This document shows, in pieces, positions 9,505 through 18,152 of a stretch of DNA of 64,000 bases. Every line of letters begins with the position of its first letter. The stretch's first letter is position 1. Source of the DNA: Alphaproteobacteria bacterium (GTDB taxonomy: Bacteria; Pseudomonadota; Alphaproteobacteria; UBA2966); assembly GCA_964291395.2 (NCBI GenBank), contig OZ219856.1, forward strand, positions 640,001 through 704,000, in the 5' to 3' direction. The position numbers and the translations under genes are program-made. Under the pieces are notes generated by a model. That model did not search any database, was not told the DNA's origin, and saw nothing but the letters and a program-made list of their open reading frames with translations.

Positions 9505-10368
9505 CTACCGCTCGCTCTCGAGTGACGCGATGTGCAGCAGCCCCTCTCGGGCGAGCGCGACCGTGTCCGGGTCGGCAGGATGCGCGGAATGCATCATATA
9601 GGCCGGCCGCTTCAAGGTCGGGGCGCCGGTCACGCGATAGAGCCGCTTCTCGGCAAGGTAGGGCCGCACGACTCGCAAGGGGAAATATCCCGACCCGCCG
9701 TTGTCGAGGATGTATTGCAGCCCGATGGCACCGAGACCGACGGAGATCGCCGAAGCCTCGACGTCGGGAAATGCCTTGGCGAGTTCCGCGCGATAGTCGT
9801 CGCCCCAGTCCACGTAGATGTAGTCCTCTACCCAGCCGGAGCTGATCCTGCGCTTGCGGGTCGACACCATCACAAGCCGCTCCTCCAGGAGGGTCTCGAT
9901 GACGACCCCGGACATCGTGCGCGGATAATAGAGGACAATGAGGTCCAGAAGGCCGTCCGACAACTGGCGCATCAGGCTGGGAGAATAGTCGGTCTCCACG
10001 TGAAGCGCGACGTCCGGCGCCTGACTCCGCATCCACGGCAGCCATCGCGCTACCAGCCGCTCCCACAGGCTCACCTGTGTGCCGAGGCCGAAAAGGGTCC
10101 GATACCCTTCGGGCAGAGCGACCTGCTGCCGCCCCTGCTCCCAACCTTGAACCACGGACGCGGCGTATCGTTCGAAGCGCCGGCCAGCACCGGTCAGCTC
10201 GACCCCCGTCCGGCTGCGCCGGAATAGCTGGCGGTCGAGCCGCCCTTCCAGCGCCTTGATCCGTGCGCTGACCGTCGACTGGCTGACGTTCAGATTGTCG
10301 GCAGCCTGGTTGAAATTGCCCGTCGCGGCGATCTCGAGGAAGGTCCGCAGCTGCTCGATGTTCGCCAT
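9505..10368 (-). CDS. LysR family transcriptional regulator
   Basis: EQLRTFLEIAATGNFNQAADNLNVSQSTVSARIKALE...LFRR...LTGAG. Confidence 0.95.
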   Translation of the reverse strand: MANIEQLRTFLEIAATGNFNQAADNLNVSQSTVSARIKALEGRLDRQLFRRSRTGVELTGAGRRFERYAASVVQGWEQGRQQVALPEGYRTLFGLGTQVSLWERLVARWLPWMRSQAPDVALHVETDYSPSLMRQLSDGLLDLIVLYYPRTMSGVVIETLLEERLVMVSTRKRRISSGWVEDYIYVDWGDDYRAELAKAFPDVEASAISVGLGAIGLQYILDNGGSGYFPLRVVRPYLAEKRLYRVTGAPTLKRPAYMMHSAHPADPDTVALAREGLLHIASLESER

Positions 10369-10388
10369 GGCGCCGAATCCGGTGACAG

Positions 10389-10403
10389 ATCGAGAATCTC
10401 GAT
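10389..10403. promoter_or_regulatory. LysR recognition box (T-N11-A palindrome)
   Basis: Perfect palindrome ATCGAGA-A-TCTCGAT in the AT-rich divergent spacer next to the lysR start. Confidence 0.7.
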
Positions 10404-10515
10404 TATTTCAATTTATTAAATTCGCTTTCCAAATCAACCTAAATGTCAAACATTACATGTCAGGACTGGTCGAAAGACGACGAAGACTTGATTTGGATGT
10501 GGTGGGGAGCGTGAC

Positions 10516-11781
10516 ATGCAGTCACCCGTAGTATTGGCTACTCGAGTACTTGGTAAAGCGGCGCCTGCCCTTCATGTCAATCCCGCGTTGGCACGCTCCG
10601 TTCCGTCGACGGTCTCGCCCGTCGGCCCCTCCCTGGGACTGTCGGCAGATGGGGTCAGATCGGTTCGTGCCGTGGATCGGTCCCTCGAAGTGATCTGGAA
10701 CGACGGGCGGTCCCATGCCTTCCCGTTGATCTGGCTACGGGACAACTGCGATTGTCCGCGCTGTCTGCATCCGGACACGCAGGAGCGGACATTCGATCTC
10801 CTCACCGTTCCCGAGACGCCGCGCGTCGCCAGTGCCGGACTCACGGGCCAGGGAACGGTGATGGTGCTGTGGGGCGACGACGGTCACACCAGCAAGTATG
10901 AGTCGGACTGGCTGCGCCGGTATGCCTTCGAGCCGCCGGGTAACGACCTGACTCGGCCCGACGCGGTGCTCTGGGACGCCAACCTGTCCGGCCGTGTGCC
11001 CCGGTTCGATTATGGGTACGTCATGGATAGCGAGCAGGGCCTGGGGGCCTGGCTTTCCACATTGCTGAGTCACGGCATCGCAGTCGTCGCCGGCATGCCG
11101 GGCCGCGACCGAGAAGTCGTTCGGGTAGCCGAGCGAATCGCCTACGCGCGGCGTTCCAACTTCGGCGAGCATTTCGAGGTTCGGGCCGAACCCAACCCGA
11201 TCAACAATGCCTACACCGCGCTCAAGCTTCAGAACCACACGGATCTCTGCAATTGGGAGCGGCCGCCGGGATACCAGTTTCTCCACTGCCTTGAGAACAC
11301 CGCGACCGGCGGGGACTCCACCCTGGTCGACGGATTCCGGGCCGCCGAGGCGTTGCATCGCGCGGACGCCGATGCCTTTCACGTACTGTCGGCCACGCCG
11401 GTGGTGTTCCGTTTCCACGACACCGTCTGCGATCTGTGGTTCCGCGCTCCGATCATCGGATTGGACGGCTCGGGACGCTTCAAGCAGATCCGCTTCAACT
11501 TCGGGCTCTTCGGTGTTCAGGCCCTGCTGTCCGACGAGACGGCAGCGCTCTACACGGCCTATCGGAAGTTCGCCCGGCTCGTTCGCGATGACCGCTACCA
11601 GATCCGCTTCAAGCTCGAACCGGGCGACCTGCTCACCTTCGATAATTGGCGGGTGCTGCACGGACGTCTGGCCTACCAGCCGTCGACCGGCAGACGGCAC
11701 TTGCAGGGATGTTACGTGGACCGGGACGAGATATTGAGCCGCCTGCGCATGTCGCTTTCGGCTGTCACGGATGCCGCCTGA
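10516..11781 (+). CDS. Fe(II)/2-oxoglutarate dioxygenase, gamma-butyrobetaine / trimethyllysine hydroxylase family
   Basis: N-terminal WLRDNCDCPRC Zn site; NAYT..L..HTD, GYQFLHCL, GGDSTLVDGF, FDNWRVLHGR, RHLQGCY; start codon uncertain. Confidence 0.9.
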   Translation: MQSPVVLATRVLGKAAPALHVNPALARSVPSTVSPVGPSLGLSADGVRSVRAVDRSLEVIWNDGRSHAFPLIWLRDNCDCPRCLHPDTQERTFDLLTVPETPRVASAGLTGQGTVMVLWGDDGHTSKYESDWLRRYAFEPPGNDLTRPDAVLWDANLSGRVPRFDYGYVMDSEQGLGAWLSTLLSHGIAVVAGMPGRDREVVRVAERIAYARRSNFGEHFEVRAEPNPINNAYTALKLQNHTDLCNWERPPGYQFLHCLENTATGGDSTLVDGFRAAEALHRADADAFHVLSATPVVFRFHDTVCDLWFRAPIIGLDGSGRFKQIRFNFGLFGVQALLSDETAALYTAYRKFARLVRDDRYQIRFKLEPGDLLTFDNWRVLHGRLAYQPSTGRRHLQGCYVDRDEILSRLRMSLSAVTDAA

Positions 11782-11846
11782 CTACTGATCCGCCGATTCC
11801 AGGACCTTTTCGCCGCGTGACCTGCGCTCCTCGCGCTTGCGCCCCG

Positions 11847-12798
11847 TCAATCCGAGATAGAACGTGAGCGGCCGTCCTCCGGCGGTAGCAGACCCGTGAT
11901 GACGCGCGCCAGCGTGCTCTTGCCGCTGCCGGACTCGCCCACCTCGGCGATCGTGCGCTGGCGGCCGATCTCAAGGTCGATGTTCTCCAGCACCCGCGCC
12001 GACCCGCTGTAGCTTGCGGAAACATCCTCGATGCGCAGCAGCGGCTCCTCGGACGGCGGGTCCGCGTCGGGCTTGCCGTCCGTGCGCACGGCGAGGAGTC
12101 TCTGGGTTTAGTCCTCCTTGGGGTGGTTGATGATCTGATCGGCCGTGCCTTCCTCCACGAGGTTGTCGTAGCGCAGCACCATGATGCGATCCGCCATCTG
12201 CGTCACGACCGCGAGGTCGTGGGTGATGTAAATGGCGGCGGTATCGAACTGCTTCACCGCGTCCTTGACCGCGGCCAGCACTTCGATCTGGGTCGTGACG
12301 TCGAGGGCCGTGGTCGGCTCGTCGAAGATGATGAGATCGGGCCGGCACGACGTGGCCATGGCGGTCATGACGCGCTGGAGTTGACCGCCGGAGACTTGGT
12401 GAGGATAGCGCTAGCCGATCTGTTCGGGGTAGGGAAGCTGAAGCCGGCGATAGAGGTCCTTGGCGTCGGCCTCGGCGCGGGATTTCACCCCGTGATGGAC
12501 CGGCGCTTCGGCGAACTGGTCGATCAACCGGTGCGTGGGGTTGAGAGCCGCCGTCGAACACGATGTCACCGCCCGACAGGCGGCACCCGGGGCGTGCATA
12601 ACCCGTAGCGGCAAGGCCGATGGTCGATTTTCCGGCACCCGATTCGCCGATCAATCCGAGCACCTCGCTCCGGTGTAGCACCACGTCCACGCCATGGACG
12701 ATCTCGTTCCATTGCTCGTCGGCCTGCCCCTCGATACGGAGCCCCGTCATCTTCAGCGGGGGTTCGGGGGTATCCGTGGTGGCTGCGTCGTCATTCAT
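11847..12798 (-). pseudogene. Dipeptide/oligopeptide ABC ATP-binding protein (two-domain), with deletions, stops and truncation
   Basis: GESGAGKST, *RYPHQVSGGQLQRV, DEPTTALDVTTQ and a second GESGSGKST spread over several frames with internal stops. Confidence 0.9.
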
Positions 12799-12855
12799 CT
12801 TTCAGTCCGGCCGTTTGATGGAGGAATCAGTCGACGATTAAGTTCACGCCCGCCG
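12795..12855 (-). pseudogene. Last ~20 codons of a DppC-type ABC permease
   Basis: GVNLIVD*FLHQTAGLKDE*, with the stop overlapping the ATPase start (ATGAATGA). Confidence 0.55.
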
Positions 12856-13687
12856 TGAACCGCTCTGGACGAACCACCACCGTTCCGTGCACTTGAAGCC
12901 GTCCATCGACCAGTTCGCCGCCATCTGCCCGTGGCCGATCTTGTCGGAGAGGCCCGTGACGTAGTTGGCGAACATCGGCACGAGAACACCGCCGTCGTCT
13001 CTGACGATCGCCTGCATCTCCTCATACATGCCGCGGCGCTTCGTCTCGTCCAACTCCGCCCTCGCGGTCAGCAATAGCTCGTTGAACCTGTCGTGCTTCC
13101 AGAAACCGTCGTTCCAGTTCGCGTCCGCCGAATAGGCGGTCGAGAACATCCAATCCTCGGCCGCCCGCCCCAGTACACCGCGCAATAGGGCTTCTTCATC
13201 CAGACGTTGGCCCAATAGCCATCGTCAGGCTCACGGACCACGTTGATGTTGATGCCGGCCTTGGCCGCGTGCTCCTTGTAGAGAACGGCGGCGTGTCGGT
13301 CCGCATCGTGAACGCGTAGTGTTGCGTGCCGCTGGTCTCGACGATCTTGATGCCCTTGCGGCGCTTGAGCAGGTGCGCCGTCTTGAGATCGACCCGGTCC
13401 ATGGCGTCGGTCTCGCCCGTGGTCAGCGCGCTGGTGCGCGCCGCCACGACGTCGTTGGCGTCGACGGTCTTGCCGTTGTGAAACTCTACGCCGCGGCGCA
13501 GGTTGAATTTCCACGTCCTGGCGTCGTCCGAAACGTCGAACCCCTCCGCGAGTTCGGGGAGCAGGTCGCCGTTCTGGCCGACCTCCATCAGGTTGCTGCG
13601 GGCGGCGCTGCCCACGACCTGCCTGTAGAGGTTCTCGAACGTCGCGGATCGAGCGAGTCCGTGGTCGATCCGTGTCCCAGTCCACAA
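12844..13687 (-). pseudogene. ABC substrate-binding protein family 5, internally deleted and frameshifted
   Basis: Pieces PELAE..DVSDDARTWKFNLRRGVEFHNGKT, DAMDRVDLKT, REPDDGYWANVW, KRRGMYEEMQ...ERWWF; about half the expected length. Confidence 0.9.
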
Positions 13688-13761
13688 CGGAAGCGGCCAA
13701 TCGATGTGCTGCGAAAACCGGCAAATCTAATTGCTAGCGACAGGCCGCTTTGAAGCAGGAG

Positions 13762-13800
13762 CGTCGCAATCGGAAGGGCAGGGGTCGCGCACGGGGCAGT
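13762..13800 (+). promoter_or_regulatory. Candidate AraC/GlxA-family activator site, copy upstream of metF-like gene
   Basis: CGTCGCAATCGGAA-N8-GTCGCGCACGGGGCAGT matches 18040-18078 with identical spacing. Confidence 0.55.
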
Positions 13801-13871
13801 ATGCGGACGGTCTTCGATTATTTTGTCGCCGCTTCGGGCGATGACGGTCCGGACTCGTCCATCTCCGTCGA

Positions 13872-14843
13872 ATGAGGTGTGCCATGGTGGTCTTGTTTCC
13901 GGCGAGCCCGATCTGGGGACGCGATGGAGAGGCACATGTGCGGGAGCCGGACGGGCTGCGCGCGCTGCTCGAGAACCGCTCCATCGAAGTGACCCCCGCG
14001 CAGGCCTCCGATAACGCCGTCGACCAATTCCTTGCACGGGAAACACGCGTCTTCGTCCCCTGGCTGCCGGGCGCCGTGGCGGATGAGACGATCGCCGCTG
14101 CGGTCGCACTGCGGGAGCGGGGCATGGTGCCGGTCCCCCACATCGCGGCGCGGGGAATGCCGGATGCCGGCTCATTGGATCGGCTGTTGCGGCGTTTGAG
14201 GTCCGAGGCGGCGGTCGATCAGCTTCTCGTCATTGGCGGCGATGTCACATCGCCGAGGGGCCCTTTCGGTTCCGCCTTGCAGCTTCTCGAAACCGGTCTG
14301 CTGTCCGAACACCGCATCACGCGTGTCGGCATCGGCGGATATCCCGAAGGTCATCCTCACGTCTCCGACGGTGAACTACTGGACGCGTTGATTCGAAAGC
14401 AGGATCACTCTGTGCGAGCAGGACTCGACGTGTTCGTGATCACCCAGTTCGCCTTCGGTGCCGCGCCCGTGATCGATTGGCTGCGGCGGGTGCGTGCGAC
14501 CGGCGTGCGCTTGCCCGTTCACGTGGGCGTGCCCGGCCCGGCCCGCGTCGGCACCTTGATGCGCTATGCGAAGATGTGCGGTATCGGCCCCTCCGTGAGA
14601 CTGCTGTTGCGCCACGGCAAGGGGTTTGCCAGCGCGGCGCGCGTAGCGGATTCCAGCCGCATGGTCCTCGACCTCGCGGCGTACGCTGCCGCACACCCGG
14701 AGGTCGGGCTCGGTTCCCTGCACATCTATCCGTTCGGTGGGCTGAAGCGCACCGCTGGCTGGATCGAGAGCCTTGCGTCCATGTCGGAGGATCGGTGTCA
14801 GGCCCGCGCAAACGACGGATGTGGGATTCCCCAACCGTTCTAA
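13872..14843 (+). CDS. metF: Methylenetetrahydrofolate reductase-like protein
   Basis: SIEVTP, PVPHIAAR, LVIGGD, GGYPEGHP, ITQFAF, GVPGPA...YAKMCGIGPS, HIYPFGG; start uncertain. Confidence 0.8.
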   Translation: MRCAMVVLFPASPIWGRDGEAHVREPDGLRALLENRSIEVTPAQASDNAVDQFLARETRVFVPWLPGAVADETIAAAVALRERGMVPVPHIAARGMPDAGSLDRLLRRLRSEAAVDQLLVIGGDVTSPRGPFGSALQLLETGLLSEHRITRVGIGGYPEGHPHVSDGELLDALIRKQDHSVRAGLDVFVITQFAFGAAPVIDWLRRVRATGVRLPVHVGVPGPARVGTLMRYAKMCGIGPSVRLLLRHGKGFASAARVADSSRMVLDLAAYAAAHPEVGLGSLHIYPFGGLKRTAGWIESLASMSEDRCQARANDGCGIPQPF

Positions 14844-15826
14844 AGGCCGTTGACCCGCGCCTGACGTGGTGTCACGCCGTAAAACTGCCGGTAGCACTTG
14901 GCGAAGTGCGAGGCGGAGACGAATCCGCAGGCCATCGCCACGTCGACGATGGCCATGTCGGTATGCAGCAGTAGCTTGCGCGCCCGGTCGAGACGCAGTT
15001 GCATGTAGTAGCGGTTGGGAGGGCGCCCCACGTGCCGCTGGAACAAGCGCTCCAGCTGGCGGCGGGAAACACCGACGGCCGCCGCGAGCTCCTCCTGGGA
15101 GAGCGGCTCTTCGAGATGGGTTTCCATCATGTGGATGGAATCGATCAGCTTGCGGTTGTCGACGCCGAGGCGGACGGCCAGGGGCATGCGCTGGTGGTCC
15201 TGTCCTCCGCGCACGCGGTCGAGGATGCATTCCTCGGAGACGCGGGTCGCCAACTCCTCGCCGTGCTCCGCGCGGATGAGATGGAGCATCAGGTCAAGAG
15301 CCGCCGTTCCGCCGGAACAGGTGAAGCGGTTGCCGTCGATCTCGAACAGATCGTCGGTGACTTCGATGTCCGGGTAGGTCTCCCGGAAGCTCGGAATGTT
15401 TTCCCAATGCAGGGTACAGACCTTGCCTTCGAGCAAACCGGCGCGGGCCAGCACGTGCGCGGCCGTGCATAACGCCCCGATATCGGTGCCCTGGCGGTCA
15501 AGGCGCCGCAGCCACGCGAATGTGTCCGGATTGTTGTAGACCTCGGCGCCGACTCCGCTGACCAGGATGAGAGTCGGAATCTGCCGTATCGCCATCCCGC
15601 TATCGATCTCGGATATGGCGAAATGGGGATTGACCGAGATTCCGTTGCTGGCGGTGACGGGACCCCCGTCGCCGGAAATGAGCATCCACTCGTAGAGGGC
15701 CTTTTCGCTGAGGCGGTTGGCCAGGCGCAACGGCTCGATCGCCGACGCGAAGGCGATCATCGAGAAGCTCGGGACCATGAAGAACCCGATGACCTCAGGC
15801 GTTTTTCCGGACGGTACCCCGAACAT
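14840..15826 (-). CDS. GlxA family AraC regulator (GbdR/CdhR-like)
   Basis: FSMIAFASAIEPLRLAN, V.ASNG, CTLHWEN, TCSGGTAALDLML, SRRQLERLF, ACGFVSASHFAKCYR. Confidence 0.93.
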   Translation of the reverse strand: MFGVPSGKTPEVIGFFMVPSFSMIAFASAIEPLRLANRLSEKALYEWMLISGDGGPVTASNGISVNPHFAISEIDSGMAIRQIPTLILVSGVGAEVYNNPDTFAWLRRLDRQGTDIGALCTAAHVLARAGLLEGKVCTLHWENIPSFRETYPDIEVTDDLFEIDGNRFTCSGGTAALDLMLHLIRAEHGEELATRVSEECILDRVRGGQDHQRMPLAVRLGVDNRKLIDSIHMMETHLEEPLSQEELAAAVGVSRRQLERLFQRHVGRPPNRYYMQLRLDRARKLLLHTDMAIVDVAMACGFVSASHFAKCYRQFYGVTPRQARVNGL

Positions 15827-16006
15827 CGCTTCACCGGCCTGCGGATTTCACGGTCTGGCCCTCAGGGCCGCGGAAAAAGTAGAGCAAAAACAGGCGGGTG
15901 CGTAGCGAAATGTTTTCCAACGACTTGTTCCGCTCGGGGCTCGACAGCATCATCGGGATGAGACACGAATGGGTTCGGCTGTAGTCTGGAACGGTCCCTC
16001 GATCCG

Positions 16007-16924
16007 ATGCATCCCGGTGGGGGCACGGTTGTGACGGAACCGCCCGGAGGACACTTGTTCGACACGGCCTTCAGAAGATCGCTGCTTCTCCTGTGCATCG
16101 GATCGAGCGTCATGTGCGCGGCGATGGGCGTCTGGTACTGGATGACGTCGGGAACGACGTTCGCGGAACTGGCAACCGCTCGGGGCATGGACCCGGACGA
16201 GTACTGGCGGCCGGAGTTCGCCTATGCCGTGACGGTGGCGGCCTTGGGCGGCCTGCTCAATGGTTTCACCGGCTTCGGATCAAGCCTCGTCATGATTCCG
16301 TTGCTTACGTTCGTCTACGGTCCGGCGGAAGCCATCGCCGTCGGCATCGGCCTCGCCACCCTCGGATACGTATTGCTGCTTCCCGAAGCGATGCGTGACG
16401 CGGACTGGCCGGACGTCATTCCGGCGAGCCTCATGGGGTTCGTCTTTGTTCCCATCGGCATCTTCCTCCTGTTCGTCGTCGATCCCGGCGTCACCCGGCG
16501 TCTGATGGGCGCAATCGTCATTCTGGTCGCGCTCGTCATGATTCGCGGCTGGAACTACGACGGTCGCCGCAACATGCTGACAAGTGCGGCGGCCGGGTCG
16601 TTCACGGGCTTCACCACGGGTTTCTTCGGCATGGGCGCCCCGGGGGCGAGCATCTACTATCTGTCGGGACGCATCGGAGCTGCCGTTCAGCGCGCCAATA
16701 TCCTGATCGTCCTCGGGGTCATGGCGGCCCTCACCATGGTTGGGGTCACGCTCGCAGGCGGTGCGGATTGGGGCTCACTCGTTCTCGGCGTTTTGCTGAT
16801 CCCGCCGTTCGCATTGCCCACGTGGCTCGGCGCCTGGTTGTTCAGACGGACATCCAACGAGGTCTACCGCCAGGCGTGCTTGTGGCTGCTGATCGTCATG
16901 GGCCTCGCGGTGATCTTCCTGTAG
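16007..16924 (+). CDS. Sulfite exporter TauE/SafE family membrane protein
   Basis: GGLLNGFTGFGSSLVMIP and second repeat GSFTGFTTGFFGMGAP; multiple TM helices; start uncertain. Confidence 0.8.
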   Translation: MHPGGGTVVTEPPGGHLFDTAFRRSLLLLCIGSSVMCAAMGVWYWMTSGTTFAELATARGMDPDEYWRPEFAYAVTVAALGGLLNGFTGFGSSLVMIPLLTFVYGPAEAIAVGIGLATLGYVLLLPEAMRDADWPDVIPASLMGFVFVPIGIFLLFVVDPGVTRRLMGAIVILVALVMIRGWNYDGRRNMLTSAAAGSFTGFTTGFFGMGAPGASIYYLSGRIGAAVQRANILIVLGVMAALTMVGVTLAGGADWGSLVLGVLLIPPFALPTWLGAWLFRRTSNEVYRQACLWLLIVMGLAVIFL

Positions 16925-16986
16925 CGTGGTGCGCGCCATAGCTGGCAGAATTAAGCGACCGACCTGCCGGTCGGCGTGCTCCGTTC

Positions 16987-17919
16987 ATGGCCGTCATCGT
17001 AGAAGTCATCCTGCCGATCTTCGCTATCATGCTGGCGGGTTATGTGGCTGCACGTACCCGCTTGCTCATGGAGGATGCCAGCGAAGCCATAAGCCAATTC
17101 GTCTATTACGCGGCGGGCCCGGCCCTGGCCTTCATTTCCCTGTACCGCACGTCCCTTGAGGAATTCTTCAACTGGGCGTTCCTCGGCGCGCTTGGTGGCG
17201 GCATGGCGGTGACCTTGTGCTTCAGCCTGCTGGTCGCCGTTCGCTTCTTTCCGGGAAGTCTCACCGCTTACGGCCTGCACGGCATGTGCACCATGTATCC
17301 GAGCACTGGCTACGTCGGCATTCCGCTGCTGCTCATCGCCTTTGGCGACGCGGCCCTCGTCCCGGCGATCATCGGCGCCGTCATTACCGGGGCATTCTTC
17401 CTACCCATATCCATCATCTTCGCCGAGATCGACCGGGGCAAAGGCCGATCCCGAAATCTGCTCCGGCCCTTTGCCGGCGCGTTGGCGAGCCCTCTGGTGA
17501 TAGCGGCGGTGGCCGGTCTCGGGGCCTCGGGCAGCGGCCTGCAGTTGCCGACCGCGGCCGTTACCTTCTTCGACATGCTGAGCGGTGCCTTCGGGCCGTG
17601 CGCCCTGTTCGCCGCCGGGCTCTTCATGGGTGGCCGCAAGGTTCAGGCCGACCTGAAGGAGGTGACATGGCTGGTGGTCGTGAAGCTGGCGATACAACCT
17701 CTGATAACCTGGTGGCTGGCACATCAGGTTTTCGGCCTCGACGGTATCTGGGCGGCAGCAGCCGTCATCCATGCCGCTCTTCCCACGGGCGTGCCGGTAT
17801 TCGTCGTGGCACAACGTTACGGCACTTATGTCGAACGCTCGGCCGCGGTCGTGGTTGTCTCGACCGCGATTTCGGTATTCACCCTGTCGGCGTTGCTGAT
17901 CATACTGGACGTGAAATAG
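16987..17919 (+). CDS. AEC (auxin efflux carrier) family transporter
   Basis: ILPIFAIMLAGY, STGYVGIPL, PCALFAAG, KLAIQPLI, AALPTGV. Confidence 0.9.
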   Translation: MAVIVEVILPIFAIMLAGYVAARTRLLMEDASEAISQFVYYAAGPALAFISLYRTSLEEFFNWAFLGALGGGMAVTLCFSLLVAVRFFPGSLTAYGLHGMCTMYPSTGYVGIPLLLIAFGDAALVPAIIGAVITGAFFLPISIIFAEIDRGKGRSRNLLRPFAGALASPLVIAAVAGLGASGSGLQLPTAAVTFFDMLSGAFGPCALFAAGLFMGGRKVQADLKEVTWLVVVKLAIQPLITWWLAHQVFGLDGIWAAAAVIHAALPTGVPVFVVAQRYGTYVERSAAVVVVSTAISVFTLSALLIILDVK

Positions 17920-18039
17920 CCGCATGCGCCCCAGGTGCAGTCGGGGCCGTCTGCCCGAAGGGCGGGGCGCGAAGGTCGTGTCATTGGATTTCGGTCGGCT
18001 GTACCCTCCAGACCGTTGTCATTGCCTGCGACGATTGGG

Positions 18040-18078
18040 CGGCGCAATCCGAATAGGGAACGTCGCGCAAGGACAAGT
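18040..18078 (+). promoter_or_regulatory. Candidate AraC/GlxA-family activator site, copy upstream of dimethylglycine dehydrogenase-like gene
   Basis: CGGCGCAATCCGAA-N8-GTCGCGCAAGGACAAGT matches 13762-13800. Confidence 0.55.
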
Positions 18079-18152
18079 CCGAGGCAGAGTTGGGCTCAAG
18101 GATGCTGACGCCGCATGAGGCGGTGGAGCCCGCGTATCGGGGGAGGACGGCG

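Noticed and set aside
12827-12829. In-frame TGA in the permease tail (IVD*FL) as possible Sec or UGA=Trp recoding
   Set aside because: Sits at a likely Trp position in a heavily decayed operon; TGA is a normal stop elsewhere in the window.
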